DNA from: Haplodiscus bocki
Taxonomy: Eukaryota
Assembly (NCBI GenBank): GCA_965655095.1
Contig: OZ296653.1
Location: forward strand, 27,590,001 to 27,654,000
Direction of reading: 5' to 3'
Length of the DNA: 64,000 nt
Shown here: positions 58,814-64,000 of the stretch, piece by piece
Numbering within the stretch: position 1 is the stretch's first letter
Layout of the letters: each line of letters begins with the position of its first letter
Notes under the pieces: generated by a model
Databases searched by the model: none
Told to the model about the DNA's origin: nothing
Seen by the model: only the letters and a program-made list of their open reading frames with translations
Program-made: the position numbers and the translations under genes

Positions 58814-60072
58814 TCCCAGCCTTTACCTACCTTTTCAACTTTAGTAATACGACGGAAAATTGTGATACCCCATCTCTTACGCATGGAAATTTTCGATGTC
58901 ACAATTTTTCTGAATCACAGAAGAGTTCACCTACGAATTTTTTCAGCACTGTGAGACAATCAATTTTCAACGGAAAATTGTGATAATTTTTGCATAAATC
59001 TAATTTTTAGATAAATTTAGAAATCAGTGATGGAATTGATGTTTGTAGAAAACCTTTGAAAACTAGATTCAAAATAGTAGTTTAACTGTTAGCAAAAGTT
59101 GATTAAACTATTTCTAGTTGGGCGAAAAATATACCGGCGCTAGCCGACCGTCTTGTTTTTTTTATTTCAATCTGCGATCGATTAATGGCAGCAATGTTGC
59201 GAAAAGTTTCTGATATACTTGGGCCCCTGCTTGTCAACTTTTGACGAAACAGAAAATATCACATTGCTCACTGCGCATTTTGTCTAATTTATCAAATCTC
59301 CAGCATTTTAGTCTCATTTTTTTCTTCAAAATCGCAAGTTTTTGGCGACATGATTTTATCTCATTGGGGGTAGGTTTTTGCGATGCGCCCTTATTTCCAT
59401 TTACCAAAATTTTTCCCATCAGCTTTTGAAAAACAGGATCAAAAGTTTCTGTGATGCCGGTTTTGCATATTCGAAGCCCTGAAATTGATCGAATTTGAAC
59501 GTTCCAGAACTTGCTCAAAAACTTGAAGCTGTCGCAAAAAATTTTTGTGTTTAATAATTTTCAGCCCTAATTAACGCAGAAAATTTTGCAAATTTCGGAA
59601 AAAATTCAAAGAGTATTTCCTCCTCAACTACGCATTTTTAGGAAATGAATAACAACTTGTTTGAAAGGTCTATCATGAAGCTCTAGTTTGGTCTGGTGAG
59701 CCGATGTCGACGCGCGCCGCCCTTTGGAATTCGGTTTGTAACAACGGCGTGCTATTGGGTTTTAACGCACTGGTCTTATGTGCGTGATGATTTAGGGTTG
59801 CTACTTCATATTCAGCAAGCATTTTGGAGAAAAGTGTCCTATGCGAAAAAAGTGAATGGTCAGGAAATCTGGCTGTTTTTTGACATGAAAGTGCCCATTA
59901 AAACCGTAATTCTGTTAAAACTGGACAATATAACAGGAGAATGAAAAATATAGCGTCCTAATGAATGTGTGTTTGTGGAAAATTGATCCGGAATTTGAAA
60001 AAACGGTTGCCTGCTTTAAAGCAGCGCTACGTCTGTTAAGATTATACTTGATTTATGCATTTTCAGAACTCT

Positions 60073-60291
60073 ATGGCTAGTAAGAAGTTTGGAGTATGTA
60101 ATTTTTCTTTTATTTTTCGTTTCCAAAATTATTCAATATGTTTCACTCGATTTCGTTAACTTCTTTAGTCATTGAAGAGTCCGAGGAAATTTCTTCTGGG
60201 GAAACCAACAGAGACTACGAATATAATCAAAACTACACTTCCTGCAGGGATGGCTACACCAGCGCCTCCATTGGGTCCTATGCTTGGACAG
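60073..60291 (+). CDS. MRPL11: Mitochondrial ribosomal protein uL11m, first two coding exons (60073-60093, 60169-60291); remainder not found in window
   Basis: MASKKFG|GTATGT...TTCTTTAG|SLKSPRKF...IKTTLPAGMATPAPPLGPMLGQ|GTAACG. The uL11 signature AGxAxPxPPLGPxLGQ is present. Confidence 0.88.
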
Positions 60292-62909
60292 GTAACGACG
60301 AAAAAGTTATATAAAAAGGACAGGTGGAAAAGACTTCATAGAATACAACAAGCCGTAAGGGTTGAAAAATGCAAAGAAAGCTACCACAAAAATTTCGGGG
60401 TCTGGTCTTTTTGTATGCATATGGGTGCATCGAGTTTTTAATATTGAAGTCGAAGGCGAATTTTTGATCAAAACTGGGCCGTGTCCGTTTTTTTCCGGCA
60501 TGGCAAATGTGGATATGATGTCATTCCAGACAAACACGTGTTTTCTTACGTCACATCAGCTTTGCATTACTTATCTAGTTACGTCCGCTACAGCTAAGCC
60601 GTGTATCCTGGTTCAGTGACCAATCATTCAGTACGTATTGCGTGCCAATCATTCTCGTTTGACCACTGGAGGGCTACGCGGAATTAATTCGATTTTTTTC
60701 ACCTTAAACACTTGCTTTTGGTTTTTCTCTTTATTTTCAAGTTATTTGCTTTTTCCGACCTTTCTCTTATCAATTTATGACTAATTTTTGTAGTTGCTTT
60801 GTGACTGGATTTTATATTTTGCGAGAGATTAGTTTCGGCGAAATGGTTTTAGATTCCTAACAGTCACCGTTTGCCCACTTTAAGCATTTTTTGGAATTTT
60901 TCTCAGTGACTTTCAATCCGGTTTTGGCATTGGGCGTTCAATCAAAGGCCAAAAATATCTTTTAACAAGTCTGGTGGAACAAAAACTTAGCGGGAAAACC
61001 AAGAACACCTTATGATCGATTTTCAAATTTGTTCTATACTTAGTGACCCTGCTTACTTGTGTTCATTGACCGCATAATCGAAAGCTAACTGTAATACAAA
61101 AAATCTCGTGGCAGAAATACATTCGCCTTGTTTCATCTTCGGAACGAATATAAATCAAATTAGGAAAACAACACAAAGATCGTTGACTATGATCCAAAAT
61201 CAAAATTCTTTTTCTCATTGGATCAGAATCAAGTTTTGGCCTTTAAACGCTTCATCAGAATGTATGTATTAATCGAAAAGATCTCATGCACTAATTCGGG
61301 CCTTCCTATTTGTTTTTTGGAAAAAAATAACACAAAATTACGACGGAAAACTTTCTGAGAGTGGACTCTGAGAGAGATGTTTTTTCTTCAAATACTAGCA
61401 ATTCCGTTTTGCTCGCCAAGCACCTAATCAAAACCCGAATTTATCTGGCAAAGATCTTTTTCGATAACGTACATTTTCATCTTCAGGAAAAAATTGACGA
61501 AATTACCAAAAACTCGATGATGACTGACTATAGTGGATATTCGAATGGTCTTTCTGTGACTACAAATTCCATGTTGCTGATTTGACGCTTGATCAGACTG
61601 AAGGTTGATTATGATCAATAATCCTTGTCGTTTTCGTTGACCACCGATTCAGATTAGCTCATTCAGCACCAAAGAGAAAGATAATTAAATCTGGCGAAGA
61701 TTTTTTGCAACAAACTTATATCCTTCACTTCCATCTTCGGAAAGAAAAGCTCAATAATATTAAGCAAAACACTTAATGACTGAATATGATCGATGTTCAA
61801 AATTGTATTTACAGTTGGTACCACTTCAACCTGCATCATTTAAGGCCTGATTAGAAGCTATATTTATCTCGAAAAAATCTCGTGAGACCGTTTCGTTTCC
61901 TTTGTAGGATAAAAACTATCTGCCGAGAGAAACTTAATGGTTGATTAAAGTTTATTCCCTAAATATCAATTCAGATTCGCTCCTAGAGCGCTTAATGGAA
62001 GGCCTATATTGTCGAGAACGATCTGGTGGAACAAGATCATAATATATCTGATAGACACAAACAGGTTGACTATGATCGGTTTTTTAAACTTTGCTCGGTG
62101 ATTATCATTTCAGTTCTGCCCGTTACGCGCTCAATGAGATTTTTAATAACTGCACTATGAAATTGTAGTCGCGCATATGTTGTGATTTTGCTATTGATTA
62201 AATAAAGTGATAGTTTCGCGGATCGATTTGGACTTTTCTTGTCTATTGTCGAGCCCCGAAGGAACCTTTTTTTCCAATGTCAAGTATTTTTCGGATTCAG
62301 GCAAATGTAGTTCGATCTGTTCAATATTAATTTGCTTTCAAGCACTTGCGCCTGTGCTGCGGTCCCTCTTGAACGTGCGGAAACTAAAACGTGCTTCTTA
62401 TTACTGACACGAAAGGAAAAAGTTGCTGTTATAGTAGGGCACTATTCTGCCAAAACGTTGACTCAGAAGCCTGTATTCTAGGGTAGCTTTTACAAGCGAG
62501 GGAATTCTTCAGACGCATTTTTTTCCAAAAGAGTATAAAATGAATTGACACTTTCTTCATACTATGTATACTTTAATAGGAAAGTCGTTTTCTTGAAAAC
62601 CAAAAATAATTGAATCGCTTGAATGATGCTGATTTTTGCGTTCAGTTTTCATTGACAAGATATGGTGGTCCAAAAGATTCAGAAATGTGATTATGGTCAA
62701 TTTTCAAATTGCTTCTTCTGGAACTTACTTAACACTATGTTCCGTTTTTGAGGAAATTCTTCCACCAAAGTCCGGATAAAATCCGGTTTGGTCATAAAGA
62801 GCGAAGTTGAGGAAACAATTATTAGTTTCCGTGCAAAAATTTTTCATGAAAGGTTCAGTAGTCGGAGTTTTTGTCCTTTTCCTGATTTCGGCCGTGATGC
62901 GCGAAATTC

Positions 62910-63010
62910 GTGGCCGCAGAAGCGTTGGTGTCTGCAGAATACATATAAGTGGGATGTCAGCGCACTTACGGAGCCAGCGGTCGCGGGTTCGAATCTTTTT
63001 GCCGGTCATG
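62910..63010 (+). mobile_element. Possible second tRNA-derived SINE head
   Basis: B box-like GGTTCGAATC at about 62986-62995, preceded by GGTCGCG. The A box is unclear. Confidence 0.35.
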
Positions 63011-63199
63011 TTCCTGTTTTATTTTTAAACACTTGCTACCGCATTCCGATTTTTCGATGCAAAAAACTGTTTTTTTTTTTTACAAAATTCGGGGTTTTTT
63101 GACAAGTGAGCTCTTATTTTCGCGATAGTTATCCGTTTTCCAACGTAACTGAAACAAATCTGTATTTCTCATTTTTTTTCAAACCATTGGGATTTTTTG

Positions 63200-64000
63200 A
63201 TTTTCCAAAAAATCGAGAAAAGTTTATATGTCTGATGAAGAGTTTAACTATAACTGAAAAAAACTGAATTCTCTTTTGAGCTTTTTGATAGCAGTTGTCT
63301 CCACTTTTCTAGTTTCTCCGGGGTCAGAAATTACCAATTTACTTCAAAAATATGTCTGCTGGAACATATCGTTCTCGGATCCCCTTATTGCGCAAATTCC
63401 AAAAAGCGCATTTGGTGTTACTTTTCCTTGGTGTTGCAACTCACTTTTCTCCGAAAATACAAAGTTCAATCGCATGCCTTCTATTTGTAGAAGAGTGTTC
63501 CTCTGAAAAGTCTTTGTTTTTTTGCGTTAGATGCTTCATGGACCGGTAAACGCTGAAAGTGCCAGTACGGAATGAAAATCACGATTTTCAAAGTTTTTAT
63601 CTCTTCATAAATACCGGCTTGATTTTTTCATCAAGTTCCCGATCGAAAGCTTTCAACTTGTGGCGAACCATTCGATTCAAAAGGTTCCGATTATTTCCTG
63701 TGCATTCGGATCCTCATGGTCCCAAATTTCCCGGAAGCGCTATTAATATTGATTTATCTCGATGTTCGAACTTGTTTTTTTTCGTCACTGCAGATTTGGT
63801 TTCTTTCATGAAGACCTTTGTCGAAAACTTTGCACTAGTAGAGGTGGATTCCGTTGAAATATCATTGGTTTTGATCCCTCCATCGCAATCCTGATATTCC
63901 GAGAAATCCCAAAAAAGTGCTTTTGTCAGTGATTATTCTCGATTTCCAGACTCATGTTCCTCTGTAAGTGAAGGTTTGATTTCTTCCATGAAAATATCAA
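63200..64000 (-). mobile_element. Possible Penelope-like element 3' remnant
   Basis: The minus frame ends ETTAIKKLKREF...SVIVKLF, resembling the ExLxIKKLKPxLN...SxxLKLF C-terminus of Penelope proteins. Decayed. Confidence 0.35.

Noticed and set aside
63232-63265. Hammerhead-like CTGATGA...GAAA on the plus strand
   Set aside because: Stems I and III are not evident, and the motif is the reverse complement of the KLF-coding end of the Penelope-like frame.
50-63894. Numerous 60-150 aa ORFs in the track, including those spanning N gaps
   Set aside because: They are antisense or alternate-frame shadows of real genes, fragments of decayed elements, or gap artefacts.
1-64000. CRISPR arrays, rRNA or prokaryotic operons
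   Set aside because: No regularly spaced repeat-spacer array or rRNA-like sequence was seen; spliceosomal introns and LINEs show the DNA is eukaryotic.

Overview
AT-rich metazoan nuclear DNA, repeat-dense, with two N gaps (28753-28952, 50642-50777). The repeat content reminds me of a marine invertebrate such as an acoel, but I cannot verify this. Host genes are an intronless ASCC2 followed 130 bp later by an intronless ZMYND15-like gene (both minus strand), an orphan 230-aa ORF, a two-exon ELOVL elongase and the first coding exons of mitochondrial uL11 (MRPL11). The rest is mobile DNA: two decayed Polinton/Maverick (adintovirus-like) relics (1-10310 with a ~3.5-kb tandem duplication; ~28950-38900 with pPolB, integrase, ATPase, capsid and protease remnants), five CR1/L2-group LINEs, a CRE-like LINE with a triplicated ~1-kb segment, a full-length RTE LINE inserted into a tRNA-derived SINE, and Penelope-like scraps. 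Four signals stand out. (1) An HDV-like ribozyme has its predicted cleavage G exactly at the RTE 5' end and carries an extra hairpin inside L3. (2) Two divergent CR1/L2-group LINEs join ORF1 and ORF2 in frame through a UGA-CUR readthrough-type junction. (3) ASCC2/ZMYND15 spacing is operon-like, and splice acceptors lie 4-8 nt before four ATGs, suggesting trans-splicing. (4) A TACCA-N-TGGTA palindrome recurs beside an HTH gene in the viral relic. All family calls come from manual translation and motif recognition; no database searches were run.
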